Shown piece by piece: positions 29,675 to 39,204 of a stretch of 64,000 bases of DNA (position 1 is the first letter of the stretch; every line of letters begins with the position of its first letter). A program made the translations under genes and the position numbers. The notes beneath the pieces are model-generated. The model did not search any database, was not told where the DNA came from, and saw nothing but the letters and a program-made list of their open reading frames with translations. This stretch comes from Candidatus Latescibacterota bacterium (lineage in GTDB: Bacteria; Latescibacterota; UBA2968): positions 5,760,001 to 5,824,000 of the forward strand of contig OZ244960.1 in NCBI GenBank assembly GCA_965222605.1, in the 5' to 3' direction.

Positions 29675-32600
29675 TTATGACCAAACATAGTCGAAACACA
29701 CCAGATGCAGGTCTTCGCGCCTGAACGGCCCAGACCTTTGGATATTGTGATGTTCTTGCTCAGTTTCGCTTGTTGCAGAAGCAGGCACAGCATTGACCAA
29801 TTGGTGGATATCTTGATGCTGTGAGAAGGCTGTGTAAGCAGATCTTAGCTCTCTAACTGCAACACGCGCCATGGGCGGGGAAAGTTTTTTAATCGCCGAC
29901 CTCACTTCCTGCCTGGAAATGACCGGGCTGTTGAGGTAATTTCGGAGTAGGGTGATAACATTCTGCTGAATAGGATCGAGTATCCTGGGAGCCGCTACCA
30001 CGGCCTGCTGCTCCTGCACAGACCGCAAGATATCCTCTATTACCTTTTCCTGCACGTCGAATAGATCGCAATCGCCTACTACCCTCGGAGTATCTTGAGA
30101 GCAGGTGATTAGGTTGGTAATCAGGAGGCGATTGTCCTGGATTTCGTTCCGTTTCAGGTCGTAGTACCGCCAGAAGTGGCGACGACCTTCGCCGTGAGTT
30201 GCAGGTGCGGTAAAGTAGAAGAATACGCCGCGCTCTCCCTTTTGGGCCAAACCCGAATGGATGCCATCGGGTAGTTCCTCAAGCATCTCCTGAGCACCGG
30301 ACTCCAGCGCATTGCGAAGTTGCTGTAATAGAAATTCGTTGCTCGCTAACTCCGCGAATTGTTCCTGCTCTTCAATAACACTGTCGTCCTCATCCATGAT
30401 GCGATTCAAAGTATTAAAGTTTCGAGGGTGGACTGTTTCACCCAGTACCGAGGCGTCCAGAAATCCAGCACTATCAATATCTTCAATTTTGCGACTCAGG
30501 CTTTCCACCAGTTTCAAGAGCCGCTCCAGCCCTTCTTCGGGAAACATGTTGTAAACCCATAGTGTCTGAAATTCCGAACCTATGCGATCAATTCGTCCGG
30601 CTCGCTGCACCATGCGCGTCGGATTCCAATGCAGGTCGTAATTGACCAATATGCCACAGTCCTGGAGGTTCTGACCCTCAGATAAAACATCCGTAGAGAT
30701 CAGTATATCGATTTCTTGCTCAGAATTGATTAATTCCTCTTTGCCGTTTGAACGTGGCGCAAAAGCCTCAATAAGTCGTCTGCGATTTTTAGGGGGAGCA
30801 CCGCCGTCCATGCGGCGGATGAGCGGATTGCCAGCTTTCTTTCTAAATTTCTCGCTGCGTTCTAACTCTCGGTAAATGTAGCGCGCTGTGTCCCGGTAGT
30901 ATGAAAAAACGATGACTTTCTCGCCTTTCAGATCTTGGGAAAGGAGCGCCTTGAGCATCGTTAGTTTGGCATCCTGCTCTGGTTTAATATCACGGATCAT
31001 GTGCCAAACTTCGGTTAGTGCATCTACATCGTGTTGTAGCGATTCGTGTAGGCGTCCGAGATCGTACTGCTGAGAATCCAGTGTCGGCAGGCTTTCCAGA
31101 ATTTGTCGCGCCTCTTCGTTGCCATCCAACTCGTCGGCTATACTGGAAGGGGTGCTATCGTCCTCTTCGTCCTCGCGCTCGAGGAAGCGCATGGCTTGGC
31201 GGAATGATGTACTATCCAACAGCCTGCCGTCCAAAAGATAACTCTTAAAGGTCGAGGTGAATTCCAGAGCACGTTTTACACTAATGCGGAAGGCTTCTAC
31301 GCTTGACTCAAATCGCTTCAGGTAGCGACTTCTAAAAATGCCAGCCAGTGCTACTTCCCTGCCCAGTTCAAACGTATCTCTCTCGATGCCTAACTTTTTG
31401 TAGGTCTCTAACTGATAGGGAGCAAGGCGCAGATTATCTATGGCGTTAACAATTTTTTCATAGATTCCAGCGTACAAGGACTCCAGATCGTAGCGAATCG
31501 TCTTGAGCCTGCGCTCAGGCCATTGTATAGCATTACCTTGAATGGTGGCTTCGGGATACGTCTTGCGAATGAACACCCTGGTGCGCCTGATCACGACCTC
31601 TTCAAGCAGATTGAAGAGCGCAGTCCCCGTGCGGTGATCGGCTGAATTCTGACGTGCGCGGAGGAAGAACCTGCGTAGATCACCAATTCCAGCACTGGCG
31701 AAGTAGCTTAGATCTCCACCTGTGAACAGGTTTATTTGGTTATACAGATCAAAGATATTGTTGTTGATGGGGGTGGCGGTGAGCATGATCAGTTTCTTGC
31801 GTCCACCATCCTTACTTCTTCTACCATTACCGCTAAGAATGCGCTCAAGATTTTCGTAGCGCTGAGTGTTACTGTTGCGAAAGTTATGGGATTCGTCAAT
31901 CAGTACTACATCTGCATCAGCATGGTGCAGAGTGTCAAAATCAGCCTGTCCAAGCGCTTCTTGAGAGATGATAGCGGCTGATATGGTGGCATCTTGAAGT
32001 TCATTGGTCCACATCTGTCGGAGGGATGCGGGACAGATCACGAGTGCCTTTTGGCGCAGGTGATAGGCATAGTCCTCCAACAATTTCTTGCCGATCCACG
32101 TCTTGCCCAGTCCCACAGAATCGCCGATCAACACACCGTCATAGCGCGCCAGAATTTTGCGAGCTTTTTTAACCGCGTCTTCTTGGAACTCAGACAGCTC
32201 AATGACTGATCGCGTAGAGGTCGGCATATCGGATTCGAGGTCATCTTTGAAATACTCGAAGAGGGCCTTCAAATACACTTGATAGGGCGTGTACTCCCTT
32301 TCGCCAAACTTGGAGGCATCCAACAATTCTATGAGGTCCTCTTTGAAATCACGGGACTGTTCCCAATGCGCTTGGAACCATCTGTCTAATTCGGCGATAG
32401 CCTGAGCACCTACGCCACTTGCCAATTGGCGACGATGCTCCATTTCTTTTTGTCCATCAACCAGCGGTGGACCTATCTGGGCCATTTCTTCTTCGGCAAG
32501 TACTGTCTTGTGGGAGAGGTTGAGTTCTTTGTTGGTAGTGAGGCCAGGGCCAGTAAAATTGCTGGAGCCGACAATGGCCGCGACGGGCTGAAAGCGATCT

Positions 32601-33289
32601 GCACCTCCTAAGGGTAGGTCGCCGTAGAAGAGGTAGGTCTTGGCGTGGAGGAATCCGTTCTGGTAGGCGCGCACCTCTACCAGGTCGCGACGCAAAAAGG
32701 CGATGAGATCTTCAACGGCTCGGAGGGTGGCTTCATCAAAGGGGGTAGCGTTCAGTTCATCTGCCAACCCAATAGCAGCACGGGGACGCAGTCCTACTGT
32801 CTCGCCATCCTTTGGTTCATCACCGAGTAGCAGGCGAAAGCTACCAAGCCCTTTTAAGCCTTCCTGGAGCAAGGTGAAGCCACGGACATTGAAATAGGCA
32901 GTGGCGATATCGAGAGACTTGCCAGAGTGCTTTGCCAAAATCTCATTGAGTACATTGGCCATTCGGTGCTTCTCGTTGTCTATGACGTAAGGTATGTGCG
33001 CGGGCGACTTCGTCCAGAACCGGTAGTTGGATATGTCCTCTCTGTTTGCCAGACGTACCTGAGATGCCAAGACGGTAGCAATGGCAACTGTACCACCATC
33101 TGGATCGAGGAACTCCACATCAAGGACTTTGCCATTACCCTGTATATACACAATTGTACCGACATCGCCAGCTTTCAATCCATCCTTTGGATTGCCATTC
33201 TTGATTAGCGGGCTGCTGGATGGAATATCCCATATATGATCGGGCGGAATTTCAGTTGTAAGCACTACAACGTCTAATTCTTTGAACAT
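29675..33289 (-). CDS. DUF4926 domain fused to a PLD-nuclease/SNF2-type helicase (RM-associated)
   Basis: aa 1-90 KELDVVVL...GLKAGDVGTIV...VEF...G.TVAI (DUF4926-like). PLD motifs HAK and GSSNFT. Helicase motifs DSVGLGKT, DESH, TATP, SEGQNLQD and QRAGRIDR. Confidence 0.85.
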   Translation of the reverse strand: MFKELDVVVLTTEIPPDHIWDIPSSSPLIKNGNPKDGLKAGDVGTIVYIQGNGKVLDVEFLDPDGGTVAIATVLASQVRLANREDISNYRFWTKSPAHIPYVIDNEKHRMANVLNEILAKHSGKSLDIATAYFNVRGFTLLQEGLKGLGSFRLLLGDEPKDGETVGLRPRAAIGLADELNATPFDEATLRAVEDLIAFLRRDLVEVRAYQNGFLHAKTYLFYGDLPLGGADRFQPVAAIVGSSNFTGPGLTTNKELNLSHKTVLAEEEMAQIGPPLVDGQKEMEHRRQLASGVGAQAIAELDRWFQAHWEQSRDFKEDLIELLDASKFGEREYTPYQVYLKALFEYFKDDLESDMPTSTRSVIELSEFQEDAVKKARKILARYDGVLIGDSVGLGKTWIGKKLLEDYAYHLRQKALVICPASLRQMWTNELQDATISAAIISQEALGQADFDTLHHADADVVLIDESHNFRNSNTQRYENLERILSGNGRRSKDGGRKKLIMLTATPINNNIFDLYNQINLFTGGDLSYFASAGIGDLRRFFLRARQNSADHRTGTALFNLLEEVVIRRTRVFIRKTYPEATIQGNAIQWPERRLKTIRYDLESLYAGIYEKIVNAIDNLRLAPYQLETYKKLGIERDTFELGREVALAGIFRSRYLKRFESSVEAFRISVKRALEFTSTFKSYLLDGRLLDSTSFRQAMRFLEREDEEDDSTPSSIADELDGNEEARQILESLPTLDSQQYDLGRLHESLQHDVDALTEVWHMIRDIKPEQDAKLTMLKALLSQDLKGEKVIVFSYYRDTARYIYRELERSEKFRKKAGNPLIRRMDGGAPPKNRRRLIEAFAPRSNGKEELINSEQEIDILISTDVLSEGQNLQDCGILVNYDLHWNPTRMVQRAGRIDRIGSEFQTLWVYNMFPEEGLERLLKLVESLSRKIEDIDSAGFLDASVLGETVHPRNFNTLNRIMDEDDSVIEEQEQFAELASNEFLLQQLRNALESGAQEMLEELPDGIHSGLAQKGERGVFFYFTAPATHGEGRRHFWRYYDLKRNEIQDNRLLITNLITCSQDTPRVVGDCDLFDVQEKVIEDILRSVQEQQAVVAAPRILDPIQQNVITLLRNYLNSPVISRQEVRSAIKKLSPPMARVAVRELRSAYTAFSQHQDIHQLVNAVPASATSETEQEHHNIQRSGPFRREDLHLVCFDYVWS

Positions 33290-33298
33290 ATTTGCCTC

Positions 33299-33634
33299 CT
33301 AATCAGCCGGATACGCCGTAACCAGCTTGGGATAGTCACTCCCCTTGTCAATCTGCCAGACAGCCCTCACGTAAGGGTTCCGTCCATCGGGGGTTTCAAG
33401 TGGTCCGTCTATAATATACTTTATGCCGTGATCGGTTTCGATAGTCCTGACAACTTCGCGGCTCGCTCCATGATCTCGCAATGCGTCCGCCAAAACCTGC
33501 CACTGCTCTATGCGAAAGCCGAATCGAGAGAAAAATTTAGCTTTACTTTGACCATCGAGGTTATTTGTTGAAAGCAGATAGTCTGTAATTTTCTCTTTTT
33601 TAATGTGGGTCTTCTGTGCGCTGGGCAGCCTCAA
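33299..33634 (-). CDS. DUF6883 domain protein (putative toxin)
   Basis: LP.A....I...K...YLL......G.SKAKFF..FGF, G.KY...G....PDGR...V..VW.ID.....P.LVTAYP. TTG start after GGAAGGGA. Confidence 0.78.
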   Translation of the reverse strand: MRLPSAQKTHIKKEKITDYLLSTNNLDGQSKAKFFSRFGFRIEQWQVLADALRDHGASREVVRTIETDHGIKYIIDGPLETPDGRNPYVRAVWQIDKGSDYPKLVTAYPAD

Positions 33635-33848
33635 TATCTATATCCCTTCCCAAGATTTCACGATATTTCTGTGCATCAGACAGCTCAGACACTAGAAAAT
33701 TCACCCATTCATCAGTATATATGAATATCGCATTGGCTGTAAGTCTTACTATAAAGGGTATCTTACTGATATTGCAGCAAACTTGCATTCGTCAAATGAC
33801 AAATGTATCGCTGAATATCATCTCGACCAGCACATTGAGATGTTAGTA

Positions 33849-34749
33849 ACCTTTGGTGCTAGTAGCTAAAAGGTTGTAAGTCGCCAGAAGTTTACCTATG
33901 CTGTATGAGTTAGGGACTCATTCATTCACAGCAGAAAGGTAAACTCCATGACGACTGAAATTCTGATCATTGACCTGTTCTGTCGTGTAGATGATCAAAC
34001 GCACGACCTTGAGAAACATCCTCAAGCCAAGCTCTATCCCAGCGAAGTCATCACGTTGGCCTTGCTTTTTGCGATTAAAGGGGTGGGCAATCGCGCCTAT
34101 TATGACTGGCTGATAAACGATTGGCAGCACCTGTTTCCCAACTTACCCCATCGCACGCGCTTGTTTCGCCTCTTTTTAAGGTATCAACACGCCACAAGCC
34201 GATTCTTGGCGCAAAAGAGCGTGTTGGGCATCATTGATAGCTATGGCATTGAGTTGATTCATCCGATCCGAGAAGGCAGAAGTCCTGCTCAGATCGGGAA
34301 GAAAGGCAAATCGAATTATCGCTGGATTGTCGGTGGCAAGCTGTGTTTGTTGATCAATCAATGGGGTCTCATCGTGGATTGGGACTGTCAGACAGCTAAT
34401 GTTCACGATACCACCTTCCACCATCTCATCAAGCAGGTGCAATCAGATATGGTGGTCTTTGCCGATGTCGGCTTTCAAAAAGTGCAAGACAACCCAGAAA
34501 ACTTAAAAATCTGTCCGCGTGGCACTTGGAATGAGCGCATGGTGGTTGAAACCATCTTATCTATGATGACTTTAGTCTGGCATTTTAAGAAAGTCATGCA
34601 TCGGGTCTGGAACTATTTTGCGATGCGATTGGCGTTTACCATGGCCGCCTTCAATATCTTGGTGCAATGGCAGGGCTTTAAACCCGATGAAGACGGTTTC
34701 TTTAAACTTGCCATCGCACACTTCAGAATTTAACACTAGCACCAAAGGT
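33849..34749 (+). mobile_element. IS982-like insertion sequence (901 bp)
   Basis: Perfect 15-bp terminal inverted repeats ACCTTTGGTGCTAGT / ACTAGCACCAAAGGT. 5-bp target duplication TAGTA at 33844-33848 and 34750-34754. Confidence 0.9.
33948..34733 (+). CDS. DDE transposase (IS982-like)
   Basis: IIDLFCRVDD, KLYPSEVITL, IIDSYGIELIHP, ADVGF, ERMVVET. Confidence 0.88.
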   Translation: MTTEILIIDLFCRVDDQTHDLEKHPQAKLYPSEVITLALLFAIKGVGNRAYYDWLINDWQHLFPNLPHRTRLFRLFLRYQHATSRFLAQKSVLGIIDSYGIELIHPIREGRSPAQIGKKGKSNYRWIVGGKLCLLINQWGLIVDWDCQTANVHDTTFHHLIKQVQSDMVVFADVGFQKVQDNPENLKICPRGTWNERMVVETILSMMTLVWHFKKVMHRVWNYFAMRLAFTMAAFNILVQWQGFKPDEDGFFKLAIAHFRI

Positions 34750-34767
34750 TAGTAACGTCCGAGTATT

Positions 34768-37700
34768 TTAGTCCTCAGAGGCACGAAATTGCTCATCGTA
34801 TTTATCCAAGTATTCGAGTTCTTGCTCAACCAATCCATAGTGCCTGGCCAGATGGCGATCTACTTTCCTCACCGCGTCTCGAGAAAGCCTAGCATGGACT
34901 TCGTCCATTTCTATAACTCGTCCGCCAGCCCGTATTTGCTTTCTGATTGCTTTCTGATAGAAGTCATTCACCAGATTATCGACAGCCTTATGAAATTCTT
35001 TATCAGACACCAAACTGGAAGGAAATGCAAAATTTTCTACTTGCTTACGTAACAGATGAAACTCATCGGATTGAAGCATCCACCAATAGTAAAATAGACT
35101 TGAATTTACTATTCCAACCGCAGATTTTGCTATATCAGGCGATATAGCATTCATTATCACTAAATTAGATGATATTCCTTTTTTGCCGTCTCGTGCAAAA
35201 TAAGGAGGGTTCAAGTATGCTTTTAACCAATACCGCCCCACCGAATGAAAATACCATTTAGAAGGCTCTTGTGTATTAGTACTATCAGCGCAATAGTCTT
35301 TTATGGATATGTCTATCAAAAGAATCTTCTTATAAATCATTGATCCTATTTCATCGCCGACTCTTGGAATGAATCCCTTTTCTAGAATACCCACGTCGCC
35401 AACTTTGGCTTTCAAGACCACATCTTTTTGTTCACCGTCTCTGAATCTATAAAGCTTTGACGAATGTACTTTACACGGACTATGACCGGCACCGGTGCAA
35501 ATGATAATTGATGTTCGTTGATCAACCTCGGGAAAAATCTTGGCAGGACGAATAGAATAATGAGTTGCCCTTATCTTTCCAAAGTGATTATAAACAACCC
35601 GCCGAACGTTTTCAAAGTCTTGTCCACTAGTAACTGATAAGGGGATAATCATCCCTAGGCTACCCATATTGCTGGCCATTGCACATCCCCGAACTACAAA
35701 ATATCCGGCAAGATTTGCACAACCTTTTGCCAAACTCAGGCGGTCCCAAGACGATTCTTGTATGACATCATACGGCGGGTTTCCCACTACCGCGTCGAAT
35801 CCTTGGTCTTCCTTGCGCTTCCATCTACTTCCCTCCAAGTCAACAAAAGCCTCTGGGAACTCCAGGTCCCAATGGAAAAAGCCTTTCTCTTTACCTATTT
35901 CGACTGCCTTGTTGATGGTTTCGAGGTATTTAGGCGGCGGAGTACTGCGCCCTGCTGGACGTATCTGTTCCACTAAATCAGACCCTGATAAGGTCAAGTA
36001 TTCCTCTGCGAGTTTATTGCCAAAGTGACGGGTGACCCAAATGTCGAGCGCAATTTTGTAGGGGGCCTGGCTCTGTTCAAAGTCTGCAAAGAGGTTGCGG
36101 CTATTCTCGACTTCAGCAGCCGTGGCGTCGGGAATACGTCTCAGTTCCTCAATGGTTGCCGTAGCTGTGAGAAGCCCTTGGAAGGGGCCACCGAATAGGT
36201 CGGCCTGATTGTCCAGTTCCGTTTGTACTTCCTGTACCGTCGTACCGATGAGCGCGTTGCCGCACTTGAGGTGGTGATCCAAGAATGATAGCGGTGCGCC
36301 TATGGTGAAGCAGTCCAACCACAGCGACACCTTGGCCAACTCTACGGCCATGGGAGTCAAATCAATACCATATACACAACGCTTGAGCACATGACGTTTT
36401 AACAAGTTGATGTCAGTCAGACGACTGGCGTCAACCGAAACTCTCTGTCGCTCCATCTCCGAAATGACAGCCTGGCGAGTATTATCGAGAAACTTCGTCA
36501 CAGGATTCCAGGGAAATGCCCGCAAAAAACCCTCGCGTTCTCCGAGGATGTGGTCGCATATAAAGTCCACCGCTTCTACCAGAAAGTGCCCTGAACCCAT
36601 TGCAGGATCGAGAACCCGCAGGTCGAATAACTCATCTACAAGAGGTTGGTAAGTATTTGCAACCTTGTTTGGGTCGTCTGGTTGCAAACCTTGTTTTTTG
36701 AGAACCTCTGCTTGCTGGGACTTTTTGCGGTATCTCTCCTGAGCTTGTCGGAACTTGGGGCGCAGTTTTTCGAACTTATCTTCGAGCACAGGCCCCACCG
36801 TGTTTTCGACGATGTACTTCACAACATGTTCGGGGGTATAATACGAGCCGGTAGCTTTGCGCTCTTGCTGATCATTTTCGAGGTACACATCACCGGGCAG
36901 GTACACACGTTCTTGGGCGTTGCGCGCTCTGCCCTTTTTCAAAACTTTCTTCTTAGATTTCGCCAAGTCTTTGTAGGGGATGACCTCTTCGGTCCGCTTG
37001 CCCTTGACTACAGCCATCTTCTCAGAAGCAATACGGATTTTGAACTCCAATAGCCCCTCATATATAGAGCCAAGCTGCCGCACACCTAAAGATTTGTAAT
37101 CAATGAAAACAAGGTCTTGCCGCTTGTCGTCCAAATCCCTCGTCAGCAAATCCAACCCCTTGGCCAGGTAGCGATCAGGAATTTTGTTCTTTTGCAAAAA
37201 ACGGGCGTTTTTCGCTTCCGAACTACTATCTTCAGGATAAGGCTCTGTAATGAAAAGGCCACCATTATACAGAGGAACGTTTAATTCCCGGTTTCCCCGA
37301 TCAATGGTTGCAAACAATTTCATCAGTCTGTCGTACAGGTCGGTGGTGTCGGTGCGATAGGCTGTATCGAGCTTTGTGGGAGCTTCGTCGTAGATTTTTC
37401 CCGCCTTCTCTGCTATATCCTCTTTTAGCCTGGTGAGGCTATGCTCATAGTATCCTCGCTGTTCTCGAACCGGCAGTAGGCCACGAGCCTCTGCGTAGAG
37501 CAAGAACAACAGGCGGTAAAGCAGGATCAGTGTCCCTTCGAACACTAAACGGCGAAATGTCTCATTCGGTTCCTGTTTAAGAGATAATTGTTGTACAATT
37601 GGAAACAGCATTTTCTGCTGAGGATCGGCGATACCTGGTTGCCTTTTCAGGTGTTCGATAAATCCTTCAGCGAAGTGTGGAAATACCTGATCGAATACGC

Positions 37701-38925
37701 GTACTTTTAGACGATCACCAAGGCCCTTAGCATAGGTCTCACTTTCTTCAAGAAGTTTATCCAAAAAGCATATTTGCTGAGGTTGGCCATCGCGTATCTG
37801 TTCTTCGGGCACAAAGGCGGCGGCGCGGAAGAACAGATAGAAATAGCGGAATGGTTCATTGGGATCATCCATTGCCAAAGTCTCTTCAAGGTCAATCTCA
37901 TAGTAGTTGGTTGCACGAGAATGTGTGCGTGCGGAGTAGAGACGCCAGAGTTTGCCATTAGTCACGATAGCCCAGGGAACTTCGCCCGATTCGAGGACAG
38001 TGACCACACGCGCGCCGGGATTTTCTTCAGGAGAATCTGTGTCGCGGGGCTCATCGCGTCCGTCGAGGTAGCGATTCCAATTATAGGCCAGACAGAGAGC
38101 AATGGGATTGCCGGAATTAGAAGGGGTAAATAGAGAATAGCCGGCTTTTTGCTCTGAGCTATCATCCTCTGGGACAGCATGGAAACCAAGAGCTTTAAAA
38201 GCTGGCTCTAAGAGGTTTTGCTTTGTGGTTTGGGTATCAGCGGCTAAGTACGCGCGCAGGTCTGTGAATAGTGCTCGCAAACTGTGGTATGTCGTCTCAG
38301 GGCGCTCCCGCCACTCTGGTAGGTCGGGGAGTCGCTCATTCAGATAATAGTCGGAAAATAGGGCGCGGTTGTTGAACAATGGTTCAGACCATTCAGCGAT
38401 AGTATAGGCAGATAGCAGTTTATCGTACTGAGCATCTGAGTCCGCCTCGGTACAGGTGAACCGCCTGAGGACTCGCAGATCGACTTTCGATGGGTTTCGT
38501 CGATTGACCGTAAGGGTGCGTGGCATAACGGATACCTGGCTTTGGGAGAAACTTGAACTACTCAGTTGGGGCAGGATTCTTTCGAGCAGAACGAAGTCTA
38601 TCCTCTCATAGTCATTCGTGAGGACGAGAAGGTAGTTGCCCATTCTGTTCCTGAGGGCACGAGCCAGACTCTGCGTAGCCGCAACCGTGACGGAGGTCAA
38701 TTCCACGAGATAAACGTAAAGTGGTTCCGCTCCATCATCTTGAACGGCGAGTTGCTCTATATCCTTGATCTGACGCTGAAGCGATGCCGCCGTGATACCC
38801 AGGGCGGTAGCTGTCTGCGGCAAACGCGCTTCTGTGTCATAACCGAGTGTGGCAAAGAAAGCTGCTATGCCTTCCTTACTACTTAATGTCTGAATATCTT
38901 TGGACTTCAGATCATTGTCGTTCAT
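34768..38925 (-). CDS. Type IIG/Eco57I-like restriction-modification protein (N6-adenine MTase with N-terminal REase-like and C-terminal TRD regions)
   Basis: VTNGKLWRLY, YNGGLF, LGSIYEGLL, RKATGSYYTP, motif I LDPAMGSGHFL, motif IV GNPPY. Start ATG 38925 after GGAGG. Confidence 0.9.
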   Translation of the reverse strand: MNDNDLKSKDIQTLSSKEGIAAFFATLGYDTEARLPQTATALGITAASLQRQIKDIEQLAVQDDGAEPLYVYLVELTSVTVAATQSLARALRNRMGNYLLVLTNDYERIDFVLLERILPQLSSSSFSQSQVSVMPRTLTVNRRNPSKVDLRVLRRFTCTEADSDAQYDKLLSAYTIAEWSEPLFNNRALFSDYYLNERLPDLPEWRERPETTYHSLRALFTDLRAYLAADTQTTKQNLLEPAFKALGFHAVPEDDSSEQKAGYSLFTPSNSGNPIALCLAYNWNRYLDGRDEPRDTDSPEENPGARVVTVLESGEVPWAIVTNGKLWRLYSARTHSRATNYYEIDLEETLAMDDPNEPFRYFYLFFRAAAFVPEEQIRDGQPQQICFLDKLLEESETYAKGLGDRLKVRVFDQVFPHFAEGFIEHLKRQPGIADPQQKMLFPIVQQLSLKQEPNETFRRLVFEGTLILLYRLLFLLYAEARGLLPVREQRGYYEHSLTRLKEDIAEKAGKIYDEAPTKLDTAYRTDTTDLYDRLMKLFATIDRGNRELNVPLYNGGLFITEPYPEDSSSEAKNARFLQKNKIPDRYLAKGLDLLTRDLDDKRQDLVFIDYKSLGVRQLGSIYEGLLEFKIRIASEKMAVVKGKRTEEVIPYKDLAKSKKKVLKKGRARNAQERVYLPGDVYLENDQQERKATGSYYTPEHVVKYIVENTVGPVLEDKFEKLRPKFRQAQERYRKKSQQAEVLKKQGLQPDDPNKVANTYQPLVDELFDLRVLDPAMGSGHFLVEAVDFICDHILGEREGFLRAFPWNPVTKFLDNTRQAVISEMERQRVSVDASRLTDINLLKRHVLKRCVYGIDLTPMAVELAKVSLWLDCFTIGAPLSFLDHHLKCGNALIGTTVQEVQTELDNQADLFGGPFQGLLTATATIEELRRIPDATAAEVENSRNLFADFEQSQAPYKIALDIWVTRHFGNKLAEEYLTLSGSDLVEQIRPAGRSTPPPKYLETINKAVEIGKEKGFFHWDLEFPEAFVDLEGSRWKRKEDQGFDAVVGNPPYDVIQESSWDRLSLAKGCANLAGYFVVRGCAMASNMGSLGMIIPLSVTSGQDFENVRRVVYNHFGKIRATHYSIRPAKIFPEVDQRTSIIICTGAGHSPCKVHSSKLYRFRDGEQKDVVLKAKVGDVGILEKGFIPRVGDEIGSMIYKKILLIDISIKDYCADSTNTQEPSKWYFHSVGRYWLKAYLNPPYFARDGKKGISSNLVIMNAISPDIAKSAVGIVNSSLFYYWWMLQSDEFHLLRKQVENFAFPSSLVSDKEFHKAVDNLVNDFYQKAIRKQIRAGGRVIEMDEVHARLSRDAVRKVDRHLARHYGLVEQELEYLDKYDEQFRASED

Positions 38926-39027
38926 AAGTCCTCCGAATGTTCTTGATGGACTCCGGGATGCAAGCACAGACTGTAGGATAAAACTGAGAAATGTCTAAGT
39001 CTTTGTAATAGCAGCGAATAATAGGGA

Positions 39028-39056
39028 AAAATAGTCCAAAGCATGGGTGTTGTCAA
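39028..39056 (-). promoter_or_regulatory. Putative sigma70 promoter of the MTase operon
   Basis: TTGACA-17 nt-TATTTT on the - strand. Confidence 0.5.
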
Positions 39057-39204
39057 GATATTGGGGAGTGGGGTTGGGGAAGCGTTAAGAGATTGAATTT
39101 ATGGGGAGGATTATTGTAATGTAATATGTACAGGAGATATGATTAGCAAAGATAAATACGCAAGTCACGTTTCGTATTGTCTCATTCTCATCAAAATTCC
39201 CAGC

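Noticed and set aside
29675-38925. BREX or DISARM assignment
   Set aside because: No pglZ, brxC, drmA/drmB or other core genes; only the MTase and PLD-SNF2 helicase are present
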